64,000 nt of DNA, taken from contig NC_042998.1 in the NCBI RefSeq assembly GCF_006345805.1, forward strand, positions 94,798,001-94,862,000, given 5' to 3'. The DNA comes from Octopus sinensis (taxonomy: Eukaryota). Numbering within the stretch: the stretch's first letter is position 1; each line of letters opens with the position of its first letter. The position numbers were made by a program, and so were the translations under genes. Below are positions 1 through 11,990 of the stretch, piece by piece. Below the pieces are notes generated by a model, which was given only the letters and a program-made list of their open reading frames with translations, had not been told where the DNA came from and did not search any database.

Positions 1-385
1 TCTTGACTACTGATATGAGATAAGCTTTAAAATATTTTGACTACCAAAATCCTTTTTCTTTCACACACACTTACCTATAAATATTTATAGACATGGAATT
101 GTCCAGCTCCTGTAATATTTCTCCTCCATAGAGTTGTTTTAAAATACTTTTGACTGTCAAAATATTTGTATTTCCTTGTTCTTTCATACAGCCTCCATAC
201 ACAGTTTTACTTCCATTTATGCACAAATATTTAAATGACCATAGAATTGTCCAGCTCGTGTAATATTTCCCCTAAATCATCCATCCAACTCATATTCTCA
301 CTTTTTATATTTATTTTTCCACTCTGAAGGACATCTTAATGTCCTTGCCAAATTATTTGACAATACCGAAGAGAATTTTTAAATA

Positions 386-759
386 TCAGTTTCTTGTGTA
401 GGCATAAAACCTCAGATTTATAATAAAGAAAAAAAACTGGAAAGATGACATGTTTATGCCTCTTCCAATGGTATTTGGTATGAGATGCATTAACTTCAGT
501 TGTAGACCAGAACTGGATTTCAGGCTCTGTTCTACAACACCCAAGGCATTCATGAATATCAAGGCACTGCAAGGGCTACTTTCACATATATTTAGTTCTA
601 TAACTTCTGCTGTTGCTAAATTGCTGTTGCCATTTTTGTAGTTGCTGTTGCTGTTGTTGTTGTTGTTGTTGTTAGTGTTGTTTTCTTCTTGATGTAAAGA
701 CAACAGCAATGGAAACAAAGCAGAGGAATATTCTTTCATGAACAATGCTAGTAAGTGAC
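386..759 (-). CDS. Candidate exon of an unidentified host gene (Asn-rich linker)
   Basis: Minus-strand tttccag acceptor at 760-761, then an open frame HLLALFMKEYSSALFPLLLSLHQEENNTNNNN...EVIELNICESSPCSALIFMNALGVVEQSLK to a stop at 386. No clear donor, an overlapping frame (336-572) is also open, and I recognise no family. Confidence 0.3.
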
Positions 760-817
760 CTGGAAAGATTTTATTCTGATTGATAAAATATTTCTAAACA
801 AAAGTTGCTGACATTGT

Positions 818-922
818 TTAAGAAAATAACAAGAAAGACGTTAGCAGCAATAGCAGCAGCAGCAGCAGCAGCAATAGCAATAGCAATAACAATAACAAAA
901 ACAATAACAACAGTAACAGCAA

Positions 923-957
<35 letters not shown>

Positions 958-1089
958 TAAACTCCAAAAATATGGGAATAAAAACTTCTATTTTACGATT
1001 GCCTTCACCACAACAGTCATTACTGACAATAACAACAACAGCAATTAAAATGATGATGATAATAATATAATAATAATAATAATAATAAC

Positions 1090-1120
<31 letters not shown>

Positions 1121-1215
1121 GTGACAGTAACAATAACAACAACAACAATAATAATGATGATAATAAAAATGATATAAAGAAGAAGAAGAGGGAGGAGGCG
1201 GAGGAGGCAATAGAG
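818..1215. repeat. Compound trinucleotide microsatellite (AGC/AAC/AGT/AAT/AGG)
   Basis: Visible runs. They explain the poly-Y/I/L ORFs in the track. Confidence 0.9.
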
Positions 1216-1757
1216 GAAGAGATTGTGAGGAAATAATAAAATCAACAACATGAATCTTTCTTTAAAAATTGGCACATCCGTTGTGAGGTTTGCTTTCATT
1301 CATTTATAGAATTTTAAAATGAATAAATTGGAATGGCTCCCAGTTGATTTCTCTTAGTACAAAATAGGATGCAGTGATGTTCATACATTTCTCAAAGACA
1401 TTAGTAAATGTCATTTAAGTGAATGACTACAAGTGAGGGCAAAACTGGGTTACAAACATGCAATGGGTTTACAATGGGTTTTCCAACGATAATAGGAAAA
1501 TGAGTATTTATGAGTTACTATAGCTTAAATCTGTAAAGATTTAACTGGTAAAGTTGTTAGAATGTTGGAAAGAATGTCTTGTAATATTTGTTCTAGGTCC
1601 CTGCACTCTTTATTAAAATTCCCCAGTGATCAGTTTTGCCTGTTGTCCTTTCAGGATCAATAAAGGACCAATCTAGAGTGATGGATTTGACAGAATTGTT
1701 AGAGCATGTTTTACACATATACATAAAGATAGATATATAATACTGTACACTTCAATT

Positions 1758-1794
<37 letters not shown>

Positions 1795-2080
1795 GTATCC
1801 GTAATAATGAGGGTGAAATAATTAATTTGAATAATTATCAATACACCAGTAGTCTTCGGCATTAAAAGCCTCATTCGAGGAAAATTTAAGTAATACTAAG
1901 CAATAAAGGGTTTAGCAACGAATTGCCTTACACATACCGAATTTAGAAATAGCAGTCAAAAGGTTATAGCTATTTCTTCTACTAAAAAGGGAGATCTCAG
2001 TAAAAACAGCAATTGGAAGGCAGACACAAACAGGTAAGAGAGAATGAATTGACGGCAATCTATCATACAATTTTAAGTTA

Positions 2081-2178
2081 TCTACGGACGTACGTTTCGA
2101 AATCAAGTTTTTAGGAAAGCATAAGATTAAATATTAAATAATTCTATCTCACCAAAACTTCTTTTCTCTCAGCGTAGA
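2081..2178 (-). ncRNA. Type I hammerhead ribozyme, copy 1 (1-nt core deletion)
   Basis: Minus strand reads UCUACG CUGA-GA G...C GAAAC GUAC GUC CGUAGA. The N7 position is missing relative to copies 2 and 3. Confidence 0.7.
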
Positions 2179-2667
2179 ATACTATAATCATAAATGATTA
2201 TATATTGAATTTTGAGATACTAGAAGGCACCAACTCAACTCAGTATCAGAGCGAGCTAGAATCCGCAACTAGTATCACCAAATTCAATGCGTGAATGAAA
2301 AGATTGTGTCACCAGCCCCTTCCCACCCGCGTGTAGCCAAAACAAAATGCTGTGGTCATCTACTGAGATAAAATATGGTTATCCGTAATATGAAGGGTGA
2401 AATTAATTAATTTGGAATAATTATCAATTACACCAAGTAGTCTTCGGCATGTAAAAGCCTCATTCGAGGAAAATTTAAGTAATACTAAGCAATAAAGGTT
2501 TAGCACGAATTGCCTTACCACATACCGAATTTAGAATAGCAGTCAAAAGGTTATAGCTATTTTTTCTACTAAAAAGGGAGATCTCAGTAAAAACAGCAAT
2601 TGGAAGGCAGACACAAACAGGTAAGAGAGAATGAATTGACGGCAATCTATCATACAATTTTAAGTTA

Positions 2668-2767
2668 TCTACGGACGTACGTTTCGAAATCAAGTTTTTA
2701 GGAAAGCATAAGAATTAAATATTAAATAATTCTATCTCACCAAAACTTCTTTTCTCTTCAGCGTAGA
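2668..2767 (-). ncRNA. Type I hammerhead ribozyme, copy 2 (intact core)
   Basis: UCUACG CUGAAGA, long AU-rich stem II, GAAA C GUAC GUC CGUAGA. Stem I is a perfect 6 bp. Confidence 0.85.
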
Positions 2768-2935
2768 ATACTATAATCATAAATGATTATATATTGAATT
2801 TTGAGATACTAGAAGGCACCAACTCAACTCAACTGGTGATACTAGTTGCGGATTCTAGCTCGCTCTGATACTGAGTTGAGTTGGTGCCTTCTAGTATCTC
2901 AAAATTCAATATATAATCATTTATGATTATAGTAT

Positions 2936-3035
2936 TCTACGCTGAAGAGAAAAGAAGTTTTGGTGAGATAGAATTATTTAATATTTAATTCTTATGCTTT
3001 CCTAAAAGCTTGATTTCGAAACGTACGTCCGTAGA
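2936..3035 (+). ncRNA. Type I hammerhead ribozyme, copy 3 (intact core)
   Basis: tctacg 2936-2941, ctgaaga 2942-2948, stem II 2949-3017, gaaa 3018-3021, ACGTACGT palindrome, GTC triplet ending at 3029, cgtaga 3030-3035. Confidence 0.85.
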
Positions 3036-3522
3036 TAAATTAAATTGTATGATAGATTGCCGTCAATTCATTCTCTCTTACCTGTTTGTGTCTGCCTTCC
3101 AATTGCTGTTTTTACTGAGATCTCCCTTTTTAGTAGAAGAAATAGCTATAACCTTTTGACTGCTATTTCTAAATTCGGTATGTGGTAAGGCATTCGTTGC
3201 TAACCTTTATTGCTTAGTATTACTTAATTTTCCTCGAATGAGGCTTTTACATGCCGAAGACTACTTGGTGTAATTGATAATTATTCCAAATTAATTAATT
3301 TCACCCTTCATTATTACGGATAACCATATTTTATCTCAGTAGATGACCACAGCATTTTGTTTTGGCTACACGCGGGTGGAAGGGGCTGGTGACACAATCT
3401 TTTCATTCACGCATTGAATTTGGTGATACTAGTTGCGGATTCTAGCTCGCTCTGATACTGAGTTGAGTTGGTGCCTTCTAGTATCTCAAAATTCAATATA
3501 TAATCATTTATGATTATAGTAT

Positions 3523-3620
3523 TCTACGCTGAAGAAAAAGAAGTTTTGGTGAGATAGAATTATTTAATATTAATTCTTATGCTTTCCTAAAAACTTGATT
3601 TCGAAACGTACGTCCGTAGA
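3523..3620 (+). ncRNA. Type I hammerhead ribozyme, copy 4 (first stem II G missing)
   Basis: tctacg ctgaaga aaaag...tc gaaac gtac gtc cgtaga. The predicted cleavage follows 3614. Confidence 0.75.
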
Positions 3621-3825
3621 TAACTTAAAATTGTATGATAGATTGCCGTCAATTCATTCTCTCTTACCTGTTTGTGTCTGCCTTCCAATTGCTGTTTTTA
3701 CTGAGATCTCCCTTTTTAGTAGAAGAAATAGCTATAACCTTTTGACTGCTATTTCTAAATTCGGTATGTGGTAAGGCAATTCGTTGCTAAACCCTTTATT
3801 GCTTAGTATATATATATATATATAT

Positions 3826-3902
3826 AATCAAAATAAGCAACAAGGATATCCAGAGGTAATGCAGTACGATCGTACAGCATTACCTTGTTGCTTCTTTTGA
3901 TT
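3826..3902. repeat. Quasi-palindrome centred on GTACGATCGTAC
   Basis: The arm aatcaaaataagcaacaagg..gtaatgcagtac pairs with gtacagcattaccttgttgcttcttttgatt. Both arms resemble the 3' flank of the hammerhead at 45740-45825. Confidence 0.75.
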
Positions 3903-4097
3903 TTAATCACCTTACTTTGAACTGTATGGATAATACTGTACTAAATTAAGGTGCCTCAACTTATGTACCATATTCATCTGAATCTATATATATATATATA
4001 TTAATAGTAATGGTATGACAACAAAAGAATGAATGAGACCTCGATATTATGTAAATAGAGGAAATTATTTGTAATATAATATGTGACAATTATTCGG

Positions 4098-4172
4098 TTG
4101 CCATAATAAAACTCTGAGTTTCGGATGTTGGAGTGGAAATCTGCTCTGGCATCTCATCAGTTATCAAGACAA
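4098..4172 (-). ncRNA. Minimal type I hammerhead, family 2
   Basis: Minus strand: UUGUCUUGAUAA CUGAUGA GAUG..CAUC C GAAAC UCAGA GUU UUAUUAUGGCAA. Confidence 0.65.
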
Positions 4173-4499
4173 ATAAAAATGCTAAGAAAATGACCTGCGA
4201 TTATATTTTTAAAATTAGTAGTTGAACTAAAACTGATTTTTAAGTTATGTCTATTGAAGAGCTTTCTGTAATTATGATTGATTGGAAAATGTCTATCTAT
4301 AAGTCATAAGAAATACTTACCTATATTAAAGGTCATTTCGGAGGTGTAAGGAGGTGTGAACCAGATAGTTTTCCTATTCCTGTTTCCTTTTCTTTATTAT
4401 TGGACTGGCAACAGGTGCATAAGTTATTTCCTCACTAAATCCACTATCTTTTAGAGCATTATTATATACTGGGGTAAAACATTTTCATAGCATTTTTGT

Positions 4500-4574
4500 T
4501 TGTCTTAATAACTGACGAGATGCTGGATCAGATTTCCACCCTGACATCCGAAACTTGGGGTTTTATTATGACAA
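4500..4574 (+). ncRNA. Minimal type I hammerhead, family 2
   Basis: ttgtcttaataa ctgacga gatg..catc c gaaac ttggg gtt ttattatgacaa. Stem I pairs at 11 of 12 positions. Confidence 0.7.
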
Positions 4575-4607
4575 CCGAATAATTGTCACATATATGTGTG
4601 TGTGTGT

Positions 4608-4827
4608 ATTCTTTTCTTTTCTACTCTAGGCACAAGGCCTGAAATTTTTGGGGAGGGGGCCAGTCAATTAGATCAACCCCAGTATGCAATTGGTACTTAA
4701 TTTATTGACCCCCAATAAGATGAAAGGTAAAGTCGACCTCGGCAGAATTTCAACTCAGAATGTAATGACAGATGAAATACCACTAAACAATTCACCTGGT
4801 GTGTTAATGTTTCTGCCAGCTCACCCC
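4608..4827 (-). mobile_element. tRNA-derived SINE (family with aggtcgactttgcctttcatcc central motif)
   Basis: Reverse complement of the copies at 8750-9514. The central motif resembles the Nin/Deu domain, from memory. Confidence 0.8.
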
Positions 4828-4829
4828 CT

Positions 4830-4867
<38 letters not shown>

Positions 4868-5005
4868 GCTATTGATATTAATCAAAGTGTATAGTATCAT
4901 ATATCCATTATGGCCAATCTTACCAATCAGTTTCACGTTAGGGGTTCAATGGAGTGTTTGGTAACAGTCTGATTATGTAACCCTGCATGCTTGAGAGATG
5001 GTAGT

Positions 5006-5037
<32 letters not shown>

Positions 5038-5254
5038 ATTCATATGAAGTCATATTAATGTTTGAGTGCATTTTGGACATGAGAATACCTTCTACTGTAG
5101 AAATAGTCTCAGGAGAAAATTCTCCTCCTGGACATGTGTGAAAATACATATTAGGTTCTGAATGATATCATAGCATGTTTGGTATCTGTTCTGTTTTTCC
5201 ATACCATATATCATCCACCAAAATATGTTTAATGATATCTTTGGATGGACTTAC

Positions 5255-5300
5255 ACATAATTTAAGAAATGTTAGGTGAATGTGGTCATGAAGTACCCAT
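5255..5300 (-). CDS. Candidate host exon, (T)WVLHDHIHLTFLKLC
   Basis: AG at 5301-5302 and a perfect GTAAGT donor at 5249-5254. The phase-2 start matches the phase-2 end of the 8543-8688 exon. Confidence 0.35.
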
Positions 5301-5774
5301 CTTAAACTTAACCAGAAAATCTGTCATGTCTTATTTCTTTGAATTATATCTTGTTTTAAGTATTTTGTGTTTTACTGAACTTTCCTATTTATTTCTGTGC
5401 AAATATGTGCATGAATGTATATACATGTGTATGTGTGTGTACATATGTACATATATATAACTCTATTCCATTATCAGACGTTTAAAGTGACTCGAGGTCC
5501 AAGATTTCCATGCACAAGCACTTAACAAACAGGTTTCAAGTTAGGAGGATTACAATTCTATAGACTGACTGAAAGGGTAATTATAATTATCATTGAATTT
5601 TTCTAGAAGAAATTAAATTACCAAACCTATAAATAAATATACCTATATATGTAAGTATACATATATGTATATGCATGTGTGTGTGTATGTGTGTGTAATG
5701 TATATACACACACTCTCACACACACACATGTATATATATATATGTGCATAAATGTGTGTGTGTGTGTATATATA

Positions 5775-6763
5775 TCATCATCATCATCATCATCATCATT
5801 TAACGTCCGCTTTCCATGCTAGCATGGGTTGGACGGTTCAACTGGGGTCTGGGGAGCCCGAAAGCTGCACCAGTCCAGTCAGATCTGGCAGTGTTTCTAC
5901 AGCTGGATGCCCTTCCTAACGCCAACCACTCCGAGAGTGTAGTGGGTGATTTTATGTGCCACTGACACAGGTGCCAGACGAGGCTGGCAAACGGCCACGC
6001 GCGGATGGTGTTTTTTATGTGCCATCGACACAGGTGCCAGACGAGGCTGGCAGACGGCCACGCTCGGATGGTGTTTTTATGTGCCACCGACACAGGTGCC
6101 AGATGAGGCTGGCAAACGGCCACGATCGGATGGTGCTTGTTACGTGCCCACAGCACGGAGGCCAGTCGATGCGGTACTGGCTACGGCCACGTTCGGATGG
6201 TTTTATTGTGTGTCACGTGCCACCGGCACTGGTACCACAAAGATACAAATTCCATTGATGTTCATCTATTTTGATTTGTTTTGATTTGATTTTCACTTGC
6301 CTCAACAGGTCTTCACAAGTGTCACAAGAAGGAAGGTATGCACAGGTGGACTGACTACGTCCCAGGTAGGGGCCATGGGTTATGGCCTGACTAGTCTTGC
6401 CGGGTCTTCGGATGGTGTTTTTATGTGCCACCGACACAGGTGCTAGATGAGGCTGGCGAAGGACACGATCGGATGGTGTTTGTCATGTGCCCACCGCACT
6501 GACTACAGCACTGATGGATTTCTTGTGTGCCACAGGCACTGGTACCACAAGATACAAATTCCATTGATGTTCATCTATTTTGTCTATTTTGATTTGATTT
6601 GATTTGATTTGATTTGATTTGATTTTCACTTGCCTCAACCGGTCTTCACAAGTGTCACAAGAAGGAAGGTATGCACAGGTGGACTGACTAGTCTTGCCGG
6701 GTCTTCGGAAGGTGTTTTTATGTGCCACCGACACAGGTGCCAGATGAGGCTGGCGAACGGCCA
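5775..6763 (-). mobile_element. 5'-truncated RTE 3' UTR copy with 62-bp units and an internal ~300-bp duplication
   Basis: Same (ATC)n tail, terminal segment and 62-bp units as 29586-30830. The segment ending gactagtcttgccgggtcttc occurs twice (~6410 and ~6707). Confidence 0.85.
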
Positions 6764-6810
<47 letters not shown>

Positions 6811-6880
6811 TGTATGTATGTATGTATGTATGTATGTATGTATGTATGTATGTATGTATGTATGTATGTATGTGTGCATG
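6764..6880. repeat. (TA)n/(TATG)n microsatellite
   Basis: Visible run. Confidence 0.95.
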
Positions 6881-7150
6881 CATGTGATTCCAGCATTTGA
6901 AGTATCTATTTTTTATTACTTTTGGAAGAATAAAGACAAAATAGACTTTAGCAAGTTCTGAACTCAGAATATAGTAGTATACACCTCAAGATATTTTGTT
7001 GACAACTACAAATCCTGCTATCTATCACCCTTATGATAATATCAATCCTTTCATAACTGTGTTTTTAATAAAATACACCACTTAGTGCTATTTTTAGTTA
7101 GTTTTTAACATAACCAACATTTTGTGGGGGTTTAGTAAAATAACTAAGTA

Positions 7151-8472
7151 CGAGGAGGCATCCAAAAGTAACCAGAAATGTTTTCTGTGAAACAAGCCCA
7201 TAGTAGTTTAGCTTCCACTGCTAGAAGCAACTTGATGTGACACTCAGGCATCAGTCTGCCAACTGGTATCATCAGGTGTAGTTGTACTGCCATCTGGTGT
7301 GTCTTTGTTTTGTAGTACGTCTTCCCTGTTCGTCGATTTTTGCAAGGGCTGAAATGAAAGAACTGTGTGCTTCCATGAAATTTTGTTTCCTGCTGGTGAA
7401 AATGGCAACCAAAACAGTTGTCATGCTTCAAACAACTTACAACAACACTACCATGAGCAAAACACAAGCTTACAAGTGGTTTTCATGCTTTAGGAATGGT
7501 GACTTGTTGCTTGTGGACTAACCTCATTCAGGGCAACCGTCAACCACCCGAATAAATGAAAACATCATGAAAATTCATGAACTAATCTTAGAGGACTATC
7601 GCTGAACAATTGAGGAACTTGCTGATATGACTGGTGTGTCCCGGAGCTCCTGCTAATGAATTTTGAGTAAGGAATTGCGAATGAAAAGAGTTGCAGCAAA
7701 AGTTGTGCCTCGCTTGCACATGGAAAATCAAAAGCAGTCATGACTGAATGCGTGTCATGAACTGAAAGAACAGTTGGAAGTTGATTCGGACCTTATTTCG
7801 AAGGTCATCACTGGTGAAGAAAGCTGGTGCTATGGCTACGACCTGGAAATGAAGCAACAATCAAGTCAATGGAAGCATTCAATGTCACCATGTCCTAAAC
7901 AAGTGTGTCAAGTGAAGTCCAATGTCATGACAATGCTGGTTTGTTTCATTGGTGTGAAAGGAATTGTCCACACAGAATTTGCTCCTCCTGGTCAAACTGC
8001 TAACCAGACATTTTACTTAGCAGTTCTGAAGCATTTTTGAGATGCAGTGTGGTGAAAATGCCTCAACCTATGGCAAAGTGGGGAGTGGTGGTTTCATCAT
8101 GATAATCTGCCTATGGACACCACCTTGAGTGTGAGACAATTTTTGACCAAAAGTGGCATGACCCCACTTATTCATCCTCCCTATTCACCTAATCTTGCTC
8201 TCTGCAACTTTTTTTTTTTGTTCTCCCAAATAAAAAAAAGTCCTGAAAGGAAAATGCTTTGCAGATGTGGAAAAGGTGAAGGAAAAAACAAGAGGCATTA
8301 AAAGGCATCACTTTGGAAGAGTTCCAGGATTGCTTCAAACAGTGGAAAACATGTTTGGACTGATGCATTACTTCAAATGGAGAATACTTTGAAGGCGATA
8401 AAAGTGTAGACATGTAAAACTAAGTGAACAAAATAATATTACAAAATTCCATTTTTGGGGGGGTACCCCTCA
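7151..8472 (+). mobile_element. Degenerate mariner (DD34D-type) element
   Basis: TA-flanked imperfect TIRs (cgaggaggcatccaaaagt / ttttgggggggtacccctca). Transposase fragments include ITGEESWCYGYD..KQQS and HPPYSPNLALCNFF, with many stops. Confidence 0.9.
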
Positions 8473-8542
8473 TATTTTCATTATTAAACTTTTTTTTTCT
8501 CATATTTACCTACTGGGTTTGGAGAAAGCAGCACTGACTTAC

Positions 8543-8688
8543 GTCTTTAAAAGCCCTCTTGGATCAGCAAGAGTGATAGCATTAATATTCCCACAGCAAA
8601 AAAGACACGAACATGGAGGGAATTCCAGTAGGATTAGATTTTGTGAAAGAAGGACTGAGTGTAAATCTTTTGAGCATTTGGAATGTAG
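8543..8688 (-). CDS. Candidate host exon, LHSKCSKDLHSVLLSQNLILLEFPPCSCLFCCGNINAITLADPRGLLK
   Basis: 48 open codons plus 2 nt, ending at a perfect GTAAGT (8537-8542). The acceptor (ttgttaag) is weak. Confidence 0.4.
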
Positions 8689-8749
8689 CTTAACAAAGAC
8701 TCATATATAAAATTATGATGGAAGGCTGTAATATAAATATCAACACTTA

Positions 8750-8961
8750 GGCAGCAAGCTGGCTGAATTGTTAGCTTGCTAGGCAAAATGCTGAGCAGCA
8801 TTATTTCCATCTTTATGTTCTGAGTTCAAATACTGCTAGGGTTGACTTTGTCTTTCATCCTTTCAGGGTTGACAAAATGAGTACCAGCTGAGTACTGGGG
8901 TCAATGTAACTTGACTAAACCCCTTCCCCAAAATTTCAGGCCTTGTGTCCATAGTAGAAAG

Positions 8962-8998
<37 letters not shown>

Positions 8999-9514
8999 TA
9001 TCATTATTATGAATGAGGTGAACTGGCAGAATCGTTAGCATACCAGGCAAAATGTTTAGCAGCATTTCGTCCGCCTTTATGTTCTGACTTCAAATGCTGC
9101 CAGGGTTGACATTGCCTTTCATCCTTTCAGGGTTGATAAAATGAGTACCAGTTGAGCACTGGGGTTGATGTAATCAACTTAACCTCTACCCTGAAATTGT
9201 TGGCCATGTGCCAAAATTTGAAATCACTATAGATATGAACACTTTAAAGTGAAACATTTTGTATCATAGAACTTGAGATGCGGTGAGCTGGCAGAAACGT
9301 TAGCATGCCGGGCAAAACGCCTGGTGGTATTTCGTCTCTCTTTACATTCTAAGTTCAAATTCCGCCGAGGTTGACTTTGCTTTTCATCCTTTCAGAGTCG
9401 ATAAATCAAGTACCAGTTACGCACTGGGGTCGATGTAATCGACTTAATCCCTTTATCTGTCCTTGTTTGTCCCTTCTATGTTTAGCTCCTTGTGGGCAAT
9501 AAAGAAATAAGAAC
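8750..9514 (+). mobile_element. Three consecutive tRNA-derived SINE copies
   Basis: Copies at ~8750-8965, 9015-9228 and 9280-9514, each with a g(a/c)gctggcagaa head, a gagttcaaat B-box-like motif and the shared central motif. Confidence 0.85.
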
Positions 9515-10019
9515 TTGAGATGGTCTCACATAGGTTGCTGACAAAAAGGTTGAAGACAATAATAACTATCTTAAACATGGACATAATTATATTTATTTTA
9601 GGACAGGAGAAATCAATAGAGTAAAGATTATTTGCCAACATAACAGGGAAATTCTGGTAGGACGAATGTTACTGCTATTTAACCCCAGGAAACAGCATCT
9701 CCAGCTGGCTATATGACACATTGTGTCTTTATATCAAATACATTTTTTGAAAGTGTGAGGAACAGAAATGAAGTACAGGAGCTCCTGTGCAGTACAATCA
9801 TTCAGATTACTGCCAATAGGTTTACCATTACAACAAATGATAATTTCTCATATTGCCATAAAGCAATACATTTCTAAGGGATCAATATATTTAGTTGAGT
9901 TGCTCTCTGAACATATCAGTATTGGAAGGTGGAACGACAAAGTCAACTGTAGAATGGTTGGAATTCCCAGCATTTCTGCCATACTTCAGTTTTTACAGAC
10001 ATCTTAATAAAGGATGGTA

Positions 10020-10460
10020 AAATAATATCATTCTGTCACATTGTCGTCATTGTCATCGTGATCATTCTCATCATCATCATCATCATCATCATCATTATCT
10101 TCATCATCATTGTTGTCGTCATCGTTGTTGCCTCATCATCATAGTCATCACTGTTGATAACCTCATCTTCATCCTCAGCATCCACTTCTTCCTTGTCATT
10201 CTCTCCCACTTCCTTCTCCTCCTCCTCATCATCATCATCATCAACTTATTCATTATTGTCATTGTTGTTCTTATCATCATCACTTTTATTAATGACAGCA
10301 ACAATGATGATGATGATGGTGGTGGTGGTGGTGGTGGTTTTGGCGGTGGTGGCAGTGGCGGCACTGGTGACAACGATGACGACAATAAAGGATTATGATG
10401 ACGATGATGACGAAAGTGGTGATAACGGCGACGATGTGACTAGAAAATATTACAAATAAT
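10020..10460. repeat. Compound (ATC)/(ACC)/(GAT) microsatellite
   Basis: Visible runs. They explain the poly-S/M/H ORFs. Confidence 0.9.
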
Positions 10461-10814
10461 AATAAAAGCAAAAGTAACCAGAAAAAACACCTTTACTTTC
10501 TCTTTTTCCTATCACCTGAAAATCTGTATGGAAGTTTCATGGAAGCTAAAAGCAAACCTTCATTTGCTTTGCACTTGGTTTTCATTTCTCTGTAAAAATT
10601 ATTGAATGAATAGACTCTGTAGTTGATTCTACAAAGCTAGACAGTATGCAATGGAGTTTTTCTATTCTTTATCTTATTGGTTGTCATGTCATAATGTTAA
10701 CTGATAGAAGAGACTTCTTTCCTGTTTCTTAGAAATCTCTATGATACACAAACATAGCACTAATATCACACATGCATACATATACAAACATACATACAGA
10801 CATACATAAGTGTG

Positions 10815-10863
<49 letters not shown>

Positions 10864-10927
10864 AGATATATATATACATACATACTTGTACATATACATA
10901 TATACATATAAATCTGTGTAATATGTA

Positions 10928-10973
<46 letters not shown>

Positions 10974-11068
10974 CATATATACATACATATATTTAAAAAC
11001 ATAAGCTTAAATACATATAGTTATATTCCCTCTTTTACTCCACCTCTTCTACTGTCTGACACACACAC

Positions 11069-11117
<49 letters not shown>

Positions 11118-11233
11118 CGTGCACACGTGTATGCATATACACCAATCAACTTGGGAGACCAGCAAGTGTCTATTAATTCTGGTTTTCTTTCTTTCAAACC
11201 TCTGACAATCTCTCACTAACTCCAAACAATCAC

Positions 11234-11326
11234 CTCTAGTGATTTCACTTTCCTAATATCCTGATCCCTCAAATCCCAAAGAAAAGGATTCAGGTAAGTA
11301 TTTTTCATCAATAGAGATTCTTCTTT
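11234..11326 (-). CDS. Candidate host exon, KEESLLMKNTYLNPFLWDLRDQDIRKVKSLE
   Basis: Starts at the first AG after a T-rich tract, runs 31 open codons and ends at GAG|GTGATT. Phase 0/0. Confidence 0.3.
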
Positions 11327-11463
11327 CTTGTATTGCATGACAATTCACAAATATTATTTATTTTTAGTAAAGACAAAAAAAAAAATGAAATAAATACATA
11401 AATAAAAACAACAACAATAATAAAAACAAAGAGGCATGCGATAAATAATAATTATCATGATAG

Positions 11464-11620
11464 GTGCAGGTGTGGTTGTGTAGTAAGAAGCTTGCTTCCA
11501 AACTACATAGTTCTGGGTTCTGTCCTACTGTGTGGCACCTTGGGCAAGTGTCTTCAACTATAGCTTCGGGCTGACCAAAGCCTTGTGTGTGGATTTGGTA
11601 GGTAGAAACTGAGAGAAGCC
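11464..11620 (+). mobile_element. tRNA-derived SINE with CORE-like motif (ccttgggcaagtgtctt)
   Basis: Related copies at ~25605-25760(-), 28795-28940(-), 38305-38460(+), 42660-42820(+), 44520-44660(+), 50400-50560(+), 51095-51250(+), 53735-53895(-) and 56550-56700(+). Confidence 0.8.
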
Positions 11621-11799
11621 CATCATTGTCATCATCATCATCATCGTTTAACGTCTGTTTGGGTAGTTGTTGTTTGAGTAGAGTTTTATGAGGTCAGGAT
11701 GCAAATCCTATCTCAACTTCTTTTAGTCACCTTTCACAACATGTAGAGAAAACATTGGGTCTATCTTTTGATATGCTGGTCCGCACACAGCACATGTTC

Positions 11800-11990
11800 C
11801 TTTCCTTTATTCCTTTACTTGCTTCAGTCATTTGACTGTGGCCATGCTGGAGCACTGCCTTAAGGGTTTTTTTTAGTTGAAGAAATTGACCCCAAAACTT
11901 TATTCTCTGTAAGTCTAGTACTTGTTCTGTTGGTCTTTTTTGCCAATTCTCTAAGTGTCAAGTGATAGTGGAGGGACAAATACAGTTATA
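11800..11990 (+). mobile_element. SINE-like repeat (ttcagtcatttgactgtggccatgctggagcac family)
   Basis: Related copies at ~18165-18360(-), 38510-38700(-), 46190-46400(-) and 53470-53700(+). Confidence 0.75.

Larger units (their letters stand above)
1796..3808. mobile_element. Tandem plus inverted array of a ~585-bp hammerhead-bearing unit (Penelope pLTR / retrozyme-like)
   Basis: The unit starts near 1796 and again near 2380, breaking off at ~2831. The reverse complement runs from 2834 and again from 3421 to 3808. (TA)n flanks both ends. Copies differ mainly by 1-nt indels. Confidence 0.85.

Noticed and set aside
3232-3277. Second hammerhead-like motif in the 585-bp unit (CGAAUGA GGC..GCC GAAGAC)
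   Set aside because: Both conserved strands deviate (no CUGA, GAAG instead of GAAA) and stem I cannot be paired convincingly.
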